Of a stretch of 64,000 bases of DNA, positions 53,678-61,924 are shown piece by piece. Below the pieces are notes generated by a model. That model had not been told where the DNA came from, made no database searches, and saw only the letters and a list, made by a program, of their open reading frames with translations. A program made the position numbers and the translations under genes. Positions within the stretch are counted from its first letter, which is position 1, and each line of letters starts with the position of its first letter. Source of the DNA: Endomicrobiales bacterium (GTDB lineage: Bacteria; Elusimicrobiota; Endomicrobiia; Endomicrobiales; CAWCFT01); contig CAWCFT010000015.1 of the NCBI GenBank assembly GCA_963794945.1, positions 32,001-96,000 of the forward strand. The letters are read 5' to 3'.

Positions 53678-54229
53678 CTAATGCGCGTAACTCAAAAGCA
53701 TTTCATCTATATTCTTATACAGGTCTTCAAGGCGGCCGGTGTCGTTCAGCAGCGTAATATCAGCGAGCTTCCTGCACTCGCCCAACTGCTGCCCCGGTCC
53801 GCTCGTTTGAGATTCCAGTTTTTCCATTTCCAGCAGTTTTTCAAGCGTTTCGGGGTCACCCTTCCTGTTCCTTTTCTGTATCCTTGAGAACCTTATTTCC
53901 GGAGAAGCGTCAACGTTGACCATATAGAAATCGCCGTGTTTTTTAAGTTCGCTTATCTCGGCAGGGTGCCGCACCGAGGTTATCACATAATTGTTCCCCT
54001 GCGCAAAGTTTGCCGCAACTCTTTTTGCCAGGACAGAGCTTCCTTCCGCGCCGCGCAGCTCAGTCCCGATCTTTATTAGGTTCTCCCTGACAGCGGGGAC
54101 GCCCCTTCTTTCCAGCTCCTTGCGCAGCTCATCCGATAAAGAAAAATGTATGAAATTCTTTTTCTTTTCAAGATAGTCTGCAACCGTGTCTTTGCCCGAA
54201 CCGTAAGTGCCTGTTAGCCCTATTATCAT
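53678..54229 (-). CDS. P-loop kinase (dephospho-CoA/NMP kinase-like)
   Basis: IIGLTGTYGSGKDT, SLSD.LR, SVR.PAE, RF.R...R.R. Confidence 0.75.
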   Translation of the reverse strand: MIIGLTGTYGSGKDTVADYLEKKKNFIHFSLSDELRKELERRGVPAVRENLIKIGTELRGAEGSSVLAKRVAANFAQGNNYVITSVRHPAEISELKKHGDFYMVNVDASPEIRFSRIQKRNRKGDPETLEKLLEMEKLESQTSGPGQQLGECRKLADITLLNDTGRLEDLYKNIDEMLLSYAH

Positions 54230-54255
54230 TTTTTATCCTATATCGTAGTCAAATT

Positions 54256-54441
54256 GGGCCGGTTGAAAAACCTGCTAAACATGCCGTCTTTGCGAACCGA
54301 AGGGTGAAGCAATCTCATTCTTGCCAAAGCAACAGCGAGATTGCCACCCGCCACTAAATTTTCGGCGGGCAGGCGTCGCGAAGTTTATCCGCCTCTGGCG
54401 GGCTCCCGCAAAGACACCACAAACAGATTTTCAACAACCTC
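54256..54441. mobile_element. Non-autonomous palindromic element (MITE/REP-like), 186 bp
   Basis: Ends GGGCCGGTTGAAAA / TTTTCAACAACCTC, AATT on both flanks, inner GTCTTTGCG...CGCAAAGAC and GCAATCTC...GAGATTGC stems. Confidence 0.7.
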
Positions 54442-54451
54442 AATTTTGACA

Positions 54452-56176
54452 CTAATGATCCTTAACATTTTCCACACTAAAGACTATCACATCGTCAACC
54501 GGCATCATAGAGAAGTTGAACGGTAGTATTCCCCAGTAGCTTGAATAAAATCCGGCCCTGGCCCTTGGGTTCATAAGCCTTAATGGAAACCCGCTTTCTA
54601 AATGCCATGTATCTACGATCTTTAGCACTCCTGCGATCTCGCCGGACGGTTTCTGCGGGTCGGGTATCCTTGCCGCAATAAGGTAACCGCCAGACGCCAA
54701 AGGCTTGTTGACTTCAAGCGCCGTCATGCCGGCCTTTTCAAGATAGTACTGAAATCCGAAATGGCCCAGGAAATGCCCGTTATTGTATCCCTTATCTTGT
54801 ATGCGGACAGCCACGTTCTTGTATGCTTCCGCCCAGATGTAGTCCGAAACTGTTAATGACACGCCGAAAACCAGCGCGGCGGACACAGACGCGTACACAA
54901 GGATATTTCTTCTCTTTTCTGATATCCTGACTATTATTTTAGCAAATATTATCGCCGCCGGTGGAAGAATTATCAAGAGGTACCTGGCCGACATCCAGGG
55001 CTCAAGCGCCATCACGGCGCATAACGCGATAAAGAACCAGGCAAGCAGGAAACCGTCAATGTTATGCCGTTCCAGCAAAACTTTGTATATAAAATAAAGT
55101 GTTGCCGTGCAGAACACAGCAAACAAAACGGCCGTAAAGAATCCCGTGAAAATGAAGTTAGCGAAAACAAGCAGTGCGATCATCCACACCGCAAGCGCAC
55201 GAGCCTCTTTTAAAGATGCCGTGAATATTAGCGCCACTGGAAAAATAAAACATCCGCTGAAAAATGTGCCGAAAGCAAACACCTTATGCAATGAAATCCC
55301 TTTGCCTATGTGTTTCGAAGCAAGAAGGAAGTGTACACCCTTATAAACGATCTCGTTTTGAAGGCACCAAAGCCCCAAAATAACCAGCGGTATAAGCATG
55401 TAAAAAGCGTATTTCATCCTCTTTGAAAACAGACTGTTTCGCAACTTTAAAAAATGTACATTTTTGTCATTTCGACCGAAGGGAGAAATCTTGTCTCCGT
55501 CGTTTACCAGGATCTCTCGCGGAGTCGATCCGCCTTCGGCGGGCTCGAGATGACAACTTGAGCGTTGTGAATCAGCCTGAAAGTAGAGGTAAAAAACAAG
55601 TACCGGCACAGCCATTAGGCCAGAATATTTAGCCAGTACGGCTAATCCCACAATAACAGATGCCAGTACCATTTTGCCGTGATTACCGCTTTCTGCCCCG
55701 TAAATAAACAGCGCTATCGAGCAGAGCATAAGAGCGCAAAGCGGCACATCAAGCATTATACTTGTGGAGCTAACAAGGAATGACGGACATACGGCTAACA
55801 AAATAGATGCTATAAGCGGGTTATCAGTGAATTTTCTGGCAATAAAATACATCGAGATAACCGCCGTCAACGGAAACACAAGAAAGAAGATATGAAATAT
55901 CCACTCTTTTTCCCCGAACGCTTTCAATATCGCGGCCGTGTAAGCAGTTACCAGAGGCGGAAAAGTGGCTTCCATCCGTCCCCAAACGTCCCGCAGCTCG
56001 CCGCTCCAGTTTATCGAAAAACTGTAAGGGTGCATAGGGTCGCGCGCAAACTGCTCTGCCGCCTTAAGGTAAAACGGATCGTCCACATTGAAGGGTTTAT
56101 TAATGAACGGTAGAAGTGTAGCCAAAACCACAGCCGAAAGTATCAAAAGGTCACGTATAACTATTTTGTTCATCAT
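54452..56176 (-). CDS. ArnT/PMT-like (GT39/GT83) membrane glycosyltransferase carrying an in-frame MITE
   Basis: VDDP, FPP, MLDVP, LAKY, ARYLL; 50-aa hydrophilic insert encoded by the element at 55430-55579. Confidence 0.8.
   Translation of the reverse strand: MMNKIVIRDLLILSAVVLATLLPFINKPFNVDDPFYLKAAEQFARDPMHPYSFSINWSGELRDVWGRMEATFPPLVTAYTAAILKAFGEKEWIFHIFFLVFPLTAVISMYFIARKFTDNPLIASILLAVCPSFLVSSTSIMLDVPLCALMLCSIALFIYGAESGNHGKMVLASVIVGLAVLAKYSGLMAVPVLVFYLYFQADSQRSSCHLEPAEGGSTPREILVNDGDKISPFGRNDKNVHFLKLRNSLFSKRMKYAFYMLIPLVILGLWCLQNEIVYKGVHFLLASKHIGKGISLHKVFAFGTFFSGCFIFPVALIFTASLKEARALAVWMIALLVFANFIFTGFFTAVLFAVFCTATLYFIYKVLLERHNIDGFLLAWFFIALCAVMALEPWMSARYLLIILPPAAIIFAKIIVRISEKRRNILVYASVSAALVFGVSLTVSDYIWAEAYKNVAVRIQDKGYNNGHFLGHFGFQYYLEKAGMTALEVNKPLASGGYLIAARIPDPQKPSGEIAGVLKIVDTWHLESGFPLRLMNPRARAGFYSSYWGILPFNFSMMPVDDVIVFSVENVKDH
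55430..55579. mobile_element. 150-bp MITE inserted in frame (3-bp AAA/TTT duplication)
   Basis: TIRs CAGACTGTTTCGCAAC / GTTGTGAATCAGCCTG (13/16); inner TGTCATTTCGACC...CTCGAGATGACA palindrome. Confidence 0.8.
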
Positions 56177-56239
56177 ATTGATTTTATACTTTTAAAAACT
56201 ATTTTAGTTACGGCGTCAGGCTTCACTAACTACACTAAC

Positions 56240-57124
56240 TTAACTATTGAATTTTGTAATGTAACTATGCGAACAATTAACAAAACCCGCAACTTCCGCT
56301 CCCTTATGCCCCGCGCCTATCGCCTGCCTTATAAATTCTTTTCTGGCGTTTGCCAACTTGCTTAACCTTGTCTTGCCGCAAAGCGCTTCAACAGAGATAT
56401 TCATCTTTTTCGCTATGCTCGCCGCTATTTCTTTTAAAGTTACTTTCATTTTTAATTCACGTTCGGGGTTTTTCCGGTTTACCAACTCTTCATGCTGAAG
56501 CGTTAATTCTTTTTTAAAGCTATCGCTGCCAAGATACGGCGTTTTCTCCTCGGGATAATACTCCTTTCTCTTCCCCATCTGACTGCCATCACGGACAAAC
56601 TCAGAATACTTTACTACCGCCTTCTTATAATCGCCGCCTAGCATTCCCAGCACTTCTTTGATTTCCAACACTTTCTTTTTACTTTGCCCTAAATACTCTT
56701 TATGGCCGCTCCAGCTCCAGTCAGCCGGGGTTTTTACAATCCCGGCTCTAAACGGGTTTAGATGTATGTACCTCACAAGCTCTAACAAATAACTATCCTT
56801 CTCGCAAATGATTGCCTTGTAACGCCCCTGAAACAAATGCCCGATCTTTTTATATTTCTTATTGAAATACTTCGTATACGCGGTTAATATCCTCTGCATT
56901 ATTGCTGACGTTCTTACACCCTTTACTTCCATCAGCAAATGAAAATGGTTGGGCATCAAACAGTATGCGTGTACTTTAAATTGTGCTTTTTCTTTTATTC
57001 TAAGGAGGGTGTCTAGAAATGCCTCATAATCGCTTTCTTCATTAAATATCTCTTTGCGATTATTTCCTCGGGCTATAATGTGGTACAGCCCGCTTTCTAT
57101 ATGTAATCTTGGTTTTCTTCCCAT
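56240..57124 (-). CDS. REP-associated tyrosine transposase (Y1_Tnp HUH + DnaA C-terminal-like HTH)
   Basis: YHIIARGNN, YCLMPNHFHLL, GHLFQGRY, YIHLNP, W.WS. Confidence 0.92.
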   Translation of the reverse strand: MGRKPRLHIESGLYHIIARGNNRKEIFNEESDYEAFLDTLLRIKEKAQFKVHAYCLMPNHFHLLMEVKGVRTSAIMQRILTAYTKYFNKKYKKIGHLFQGRYKAIICEKDSYLLELVRYIHLNPFRAGIVKTPADWSWSGHKEYLGQSKKKVLEIKEVLGMLGGDYKKAVVKYSEFVRDGSQMGKRKEYYPEEKTPYLGSDSFKKELTLQHEELVNRKNPERELKMKVTLKEIAASIAKKMNISVEALCGKTRLSKLANARKEFIRQAIGAGHKGAEVAGFVNCSHSYITKFNS

Positions 57125-57131
57125 TGCGGTT

Positions 57132-57160
57132 ATATTACTATTTCATTCCTGTCATGTCAA
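57132..57160 (-). promoter_or_regulatory. Promoter of the transposase; -35 lies at the inner end of the inverted repeat; probably leaderless
   Basis: TTGACA, 17 bp, TAATAT, 7 nt, ATG; no Shine-Dalgarno. Confidence 0.7.
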
Positions 57161-57189
57161 GTTAGTGTAGTTAGTGAAGCCTGACACCG

Positions 57190-57486
57190 TTTTGGATTTG
57201 GAAAATCGCCATTCTCACCCTTTGAAGGATCTAGAATAACGATGCAAAACTGCGCTTGTATTATTTTTGAACATATTTTAGTGCAAAACGACAATGTTGC
57301 AGGCTCTGAGCTTTTTACTGCCCGATAACATTCATATTGCTTATTTTTTAAAATCTCTTCTATCATATCTACTTTAATTTTATAACAATCATCGGAAGGA
57401 TAAGCTATGAAGCACGCTTTTGCGGATTCAGAAATATTGCCACATGCAGGTAACCCTATAAAACACTTTTCATTTTTCTTGCTCAT
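57190..57486 (-). pseudogene. 5' fragment of a nucleoside-deoxyribosyltransferase/TIR-like Rossmann protein, truncated by the element
   Basis: CFIAYP...FC.KIC..I..A.F.IVIL...PNP, then reads straight into the IR (KRCQASLTTLT*). Confidence 0.6.
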
Positions 57487-57640
57487 CTTTTCTCTCCTAT
57501 TAGTTTCTTCTCATCCAGATTCTTTGAAGTTTCTTAATCAGCTTGCACTGCCCTTATTCTGTAAAAATCTAATTACCCACTTCGCCGGCGGACAGGCACA
57601 GATTATTAGAGCAGATTGCACAGGTGAAAATCTATACCAT

Positions 57641-57781
57641 TTAGTTAGTCAGCTTCCTTTTTATCGCTTCGATTACTTCCTGCATCATTTGTATCCATGC
57701 TTTCAGATAGGCGGATTTGGCATCATTAGTTTCCGGTTTGCGCAGATCCTGCTGAGTTAATGTGATGGAGGTTTCATACCC
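57641..57781 (-). pseudogene. C-terminal fragment paralogous to the 58136-58783 orphan
   Basis: ...WIQMMQEVIEAIKRKLTN* versus ...QIQYSQEVIEAIKKKLG*; no start codon for the full fragment. Confidence 0.7.
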
Positions 57782-58010
57782 AGTATGGTGTCAGGTATTG
57801 CATTCATGCATTCCATGGAAATTGTGTCAAGCCTAACTTTATGTATTTTCATTCTGTTTCAGCGCCGTGTTCGCGTACTGGTTTAATGCATTTTGTATAT
57901 CGCTTATGTTCTTGAGGCCAGCCGCCTGCGATCTGTCATCATTTGCGGCGGCACTGCCCTATTATACAGGCACAACTGAATACATTTATTACTAATTTAT
58001 CAAACACTTT

Positions 58011-58111
58011 ATTAGGTGCTATTTTGGGTGCTAATTATAGTGCGTTATTGTTGCATTATCAGGTGCGTGTTTGGGTGCGATATGATTGTATTTCATGCGC
58101 AACACGGGTGC
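58011..58111. repeat. Phased GGTGC repeats, about 12-bp period, downstream of the orphan gene
   Basis: GGTGC/AGTGC at 58015, 58027, 58039, 58062, 58074, 58107. Confidence 0.7.
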
Positions 58112-58135
58112 GCCATCAATGACATAATACATCTA

Positions 58136-58783
58136 TTAGCCTAATTTCTTTTTGATTGCTTCGATAACTTCCTGCGAGTATTGTATTTGTTTATTAATCC
58201 TGGGTTTATCTTCTTCATTTGCGGCTGGATCATTCAGCTTATTTTGCATCCTTGCTACACCCTCCTGGTTCTTGGCGAGCAATATTGACATGACCGCGGA
58301 ATCGTATTTTCCATTGTTAATGTCCTGAAGCAGGTTTTTTTGCGCTTCATCAGTCCAAACATTCTGCGTTTCAGGCGTGCCTGCCGAAGAATCAGGCGCA
58401 GATGGCTGTGTTTCCGGGTGCGTTTTTGGGTGCGCGGGCTTCTCATTTTTTGATTTTCCAGCCTTCTTTTTCTTTGCCGTATTGTTCATCAGCGCGTTCA
58501 TGCGGAACATATTATTGCCATCCTCATTTGCCACAAAACTAACGCATGAGTATTCCCCGCCAAGTTTGTGCGCCTGCGTGGTTAATGAATGCGCTTTCTT
58601 TTGCAGAACCTTCATGTCAGGCGATGTCATTTTCAGCTTAAGCGCTTTGCCGTTGTTCTCTTTCAGGCATTTCAATATTTTATCAAAATACGGTTTATAC
58701 TTGCTGTTCTTTGACAGCACTTCAAACAACTCCACAACACTTTCAATCTCAAGGCCGTTCAGGTCATTATCAACTTCGCTCAT
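58136..58783 (-). CDS. Orphan hypothetical protein (215 aa, basic low-complexity linker, helical C-terminus)
   Basis: Strong AAAGGAGG RBS; no recognised family. Confidence 0.75.
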   Translation of the reverse strand: MSEVDNDLNGLEIESVVELFEVLSKNSKYKPYFDKILKCLKENNGKALKLKMTSPDMKVLQKKAHSLTTQAHKLGGEYSCVSFVANEDGNNMFRMNALMNNTAKKKKAGKSKNEKPAHPKTHPETQPSAPDSSAGTPETQNVWTDEAQKNLLQDINNGKYDSAVMSILLAKNQEGVARMQNKLNDPAANEEDKPRINKQIQYSQEVIEAIKKKLG

Positions 58784-58829
58784 GGTTTTTCCTCCTTTCA
58801 GTATTGTAGTTCCATGTGACTTATAATTA

Positions 58830-58870
58830 CATTATCGGGTGCGATTTTGGGTGCAAATTCCAGTGCGTTG
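58830..58870. repeat. Phased GGTGC repeats upstream of the orphan gene
   Basis: GGTGC at 58838 and 58850, AGTGC at 58862; direct-repeat match to the 58011-58082 blocks. Confidence 0.7.
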
Positions 58871-59020
58871 TCCCGTTGTTAATCCACCGGATTTCATCTA
58901 ATAAAAAAAGAAAAAACAATGCGGCTTAGATAACGCCCATCGTTCTTTGAGATTGAAATATTATATTTGAAATGTTCCCGTGCCCCAAACATTGCAAGAT
59001 ACGTCTCCGATGAAAAGGCA

Positions 59021-59054
59021 AGATTTCTCCCCGCCAGGGCGGATCGAAATGACA
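59021..59054. repeat. Right half of the GTCATTTCGA-type palindromic element
   Basis: AGATTTCTCC-CCGCCAGGGCGG-ATCGAAATGACA. Confidence 0.7.
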
Positions 59055-59061
59055 CAATAGT

Positions 59062-60166
59062 CTAGACGACTGTAAGCCCGGACTGGGTATCGAAAAGGTG
59101 GATCTTGTTCAAATTTATGACAAGCTCTATCACCTGGTTGGTTTTTGCCTGGTTGTGGGAATCAACTTTGGCGACAAGCGTGTTCTTGCCGGTGTTAAAG
59201 TGGAGGAATATTTCGCTGCCGAGGGGCTCGACTACTTCAACCGTGGCGCTGAAGTTATTGCCGTCTTTCGGGCCCATAGTGTAGAAAAGTTTGTCATATA
59301 TGTCTTCCGGGCGTACGCCCAGGGTCATTTTTTTGCCGCTGTAGGGAAGAAGGCCTTCCTTGTACTGTTTAGGGAGCTTAAGCTCGAACATGCCTTCGTT
59401 GATGAACAGGTCTTCGTCTTTTTTGACAATCTCCACTTCAATGAAATTCATGGGAGGGCTTCCTATGAAACCGCCGACGAATTTATTCTTTGGGTTATCG
59501 TAAAGGTCAAGGGGCCCGGCCACCTGCTGTATGCTGCCGTCTTTCATCACGCAGATCCTGTCGCCCATCGTCATGGCTTCGGTCTGGTCGTGTGTTACGT
59601 ATATCATCGTGCTCTGGAGCCTGTCGTGTATTTTTTTAAGTTCCGCGCGCATCTGGACGCGCAGTTTGGCGTCAAGGTTGGAGAGTGGTTCGTCAAACAG
59701 GAAGACTTTCGGTTTTCTGACAATTGCGCGGCCCACGGCTACTCTCTGTTTCTGGCCTCCGCTTAACTGTTTGGGGCGCCTTTCAAGGAGATGGCCGATG
59801 CTCAGTATCTCCGCCGCCTCTTTTACTCTCTGTTCTATTTCTTTTTTGCTGTCAGCCGCGAAGCTTGAGGCCGAAAGCCATGTTGTCGTAAACCGTCATG
59901 TGGGGGTATAGGGCGTAGTTCTGGAAAACCATCGCTATGTCCCTGTCTTTGGGAGGCAGGTCGTTTACCTTTCTGTCGCCTATATAAATGGAACCGCTGG
60001 ATATATCTTCCAGCCCCGCCACCATGCGCAGGGTAGTCGTTTTGCCGCAGCCGCTGGGGCCCACAAGGATACAGAACTCCCTGTCGGGAACTTCCAGGCT
60101 GAATTCTTTAACGACTTCAAGATCGCCGAATTTTTTTGATACTTTTTCTAGAACCACACGTGCCAT
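59062..60166 (-). CDS. Sugar ABC transporter ATPase, MalK/UgpC family (apparent frameshift near 59855)
   Basis: [40 protein letters not shown] tail. Confidence 0.92.
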
Positions 60167-60197
60167 TGATACGGGCTCCTTCTGTTAATTAAAGTTG

Positions 60198-60226
60198 ATT
60201 ATATCCTTTTAACAGGTCTTAGTCAA
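60198..60226 (-). promoter_or_regulatory. sigma70 promoter of the ABC ATPase
   Basis: TTGACT, 17 bp, TATAAT. Confidence 0.75.
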
Positions 60227-60312
60227 CAGGACAGATCTCACCATGCCCCCCAGATAGAGTCCGGTGATTGACGGAACATATTTCACCGGACCAATGTCAT
60301 TGCGAACGTGGT

Positions 60313-60393
60313 TGTCATTTCGACCAGAGGGAGAAATCTTCAGTCAAACAAACAACAGATCTCTCATCCGCCTCAGGTGGATTCGAGATGACA
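60313..60393. repeat. Palindromic element related to the core of 55430-55579
   Basis: TGTCATTTCGACCAGAGGGAGAAATCT...AGATCTCTC-ATCCGCCTCAGGTGGAT-TCGAGATGACA. Confidence 0.8.
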
Positions 60394-60472
60394 GCGTTGT
60401 GCGATGATTAAGTATCTCAAGAAGTTCTCGCTGAGAACGTACAGGCTGGCGCTGAGTTCGCAGATATACTGA

Positions 60473-61924
60473 TCAGTGGGATTTATTGTTCCGTTTGCCG
60501 TTATTCTTTTGGTGGGCCTGGGGTTTTGGGTTTATCTCGCCGTATTCCTTTATGGCGTTTCTGCCGTTGGTCTTGACCCAGTAGAGGGCCTGATCGGCGC
60601 TGGAGATGAGGGCCTCAACTGAGGCGCCGTCCTGCGGATAATGGCTTATCCCTATGCTTATGGAAACATGGAACTTTTCGTTTTCGGCGGAAAACTCTTT
60701 TTCCGATACCAGCCTGTTTATCTCTTTGGCGATATACAATATCTCTTCGCGCTCGGCCATGGGGATGAGCACTATGAACTCCTCCCCGCCGTACCTGCCG
60801 ACAAGGTCTCCCGGGCGCAGGCAGTCTATGAATATCCTGGAAACGCCGCAGAGCACTTTGTCGCCTATTATGTGCCCGTAGGTGTCGTTTACCTTCTTGA
60901 AAAAATCAAGGTCAAGGACAAGGATCGAGAATATCCCGGTGTACCTCTTCGCCCTCTGGATCTCGGTTTGAAGCCTCTCGATGAAATATCTTCTCAGGTA
61001 AAGCCCCGTTAGCCCGTCGGCGCGCGAGCGCTCGCGGACCTCGGCGAACAGGCGCGTGCGTTTAAGGCCCAGTGCTATCTGCGGTATGAATATGGCGCCT
61101 TCTTCGACATACCTGCCGGCGGCCTCGTTTTCCGCGATTATCAAAACACCAGCCATGAGGTCCTTTTCAAGCCGTACGGGCCAGAACACGATAGATTTTC
61201 CTTCGAGGTATTCCGGCGCCTGAAGCTGTTTGATCTCTTTTTCATTCCTCAATTGTTTCTGCCCGTTGACAAAAACCAGCAGCCTGTCCCTTAGCTCCTG
61301 ATCCGAACAGGAAAGCACCTTCCATTTATCATTGTCCCAGGAAAATATCCCGACATTGTTCACTCCGGGACGGTTGAGAAGTATCCTCTCCAGGTGTTCG
61401 AGAACCTCTTCGATCTCCATGCGTTCCACGAGCTCCCTGCCGAGTATGTAGAGCTGGTTTATCTTGTCTATTTCGTGTTCAAGCGAATTCCTCTCCTTTT
61501 CCAGGCTCAGCAGCTCGCTGTCGAGGCCGGATATTTTCTGTTTCAAGGAAGAGTTGGTTTTCAGGTATTCCATCCTGCTGAGTTTCGACAAGCGCTCGTA
61601 AAAATACGGCACAACGGCTGTTCCTGCAAGCATGAGTATAAGCCCGCCGGTGGTCACGGGCCACTCGCGCGCCCCTTCAAAGATCAGCAGCAGAGCGCCG
61701 ACCGCGCCGGCCACGCTGGACGCGTGCACCCACGAGACCGAGAAATACAGCCCCGCGATGATGAGAAAATAGATCATCACCTGGCGAAGCATGCCCGAGG
61801 CCATGTAAAAATACAGCGCGAGGAAGATCGCAAGCACCGCCGCTGCCGCGATGGCTGTGCCGAACGACTTGCTTTTCATTTCCTTGATCTCAGCCGGGAA
61901 TATGCTCATATTATTTTTTCGCAA
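60473..61924 (-). CDS. Membrane diguanylate cyclase (TM, coiled coil, GAF-like, GGDEF)
   Basis: DGLTGL, LDLDFFK.VND..GH, RPGD I-site, RYGGEEF. Confidence 0.9.
   Translation of the reverse strand: MRKNNMSIFPAEIKEMKSKSFGTAIAAAAVLAIFLALYFYMASGMLRQVMIYFLIIAGLYFSVSWVHASSVAGAVGALLLIFEGAREWPVTTGGLILMLAGTAVVPYFYERLSKLSRMEYLKTNSSLKQKISGLDSELLSLEKERNSLEHEIDKINQLYILGRELVERMEIEEVLEHLERILLNRPGVNNVGIFSWDNDKWKVLSCSDQELRDRLLVFVNGQKQLRNEKEIKQLQAPEYLEGKSIVFWPVRLEKDLMAGVLIIAENEAAGRYVEEGAIFIPQIALGLKRTRLFAEVRERSRADGLTGLYLRRYFIERLQTEIQRAKRYTGIFSILVLDLDFFKKVNDTYGHIIGDKVLCGVSRIFIDCLRPGDLVGRYGGEEFIVLIPMAEREEILYIAKEINRLVSEKEFSAENEKFHVSISIGISHYPQDGASVEALISSADQALYWVKTNGRNAIKEYGEINPKPQAHQKNNGKRNNKSH

Larger units (their letters stand above)
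56211..57189. mobile_element. RAYT-type Y1 transposase element bounded by 34-bp inverted repeats
   Basis: CGGCGTCAGGCTTCACTAACTACACTAACTTAAC (56211-56244) versus the inverted copy at 57156-57189, 2 mismatches. Confidence 0.85.

Noticed and set aside
57407..57760. 117-aa plus-strand ORF in the accessory island
   Set aside because: It is antisense to the NDT-like fragment and the paralogue fragment, which explain the open frame.
58011..58870. CRISPR array
   Set aside because: The units are about 12 bp and degenerate, with no 30-40-bp unique spacers and no cas genes.
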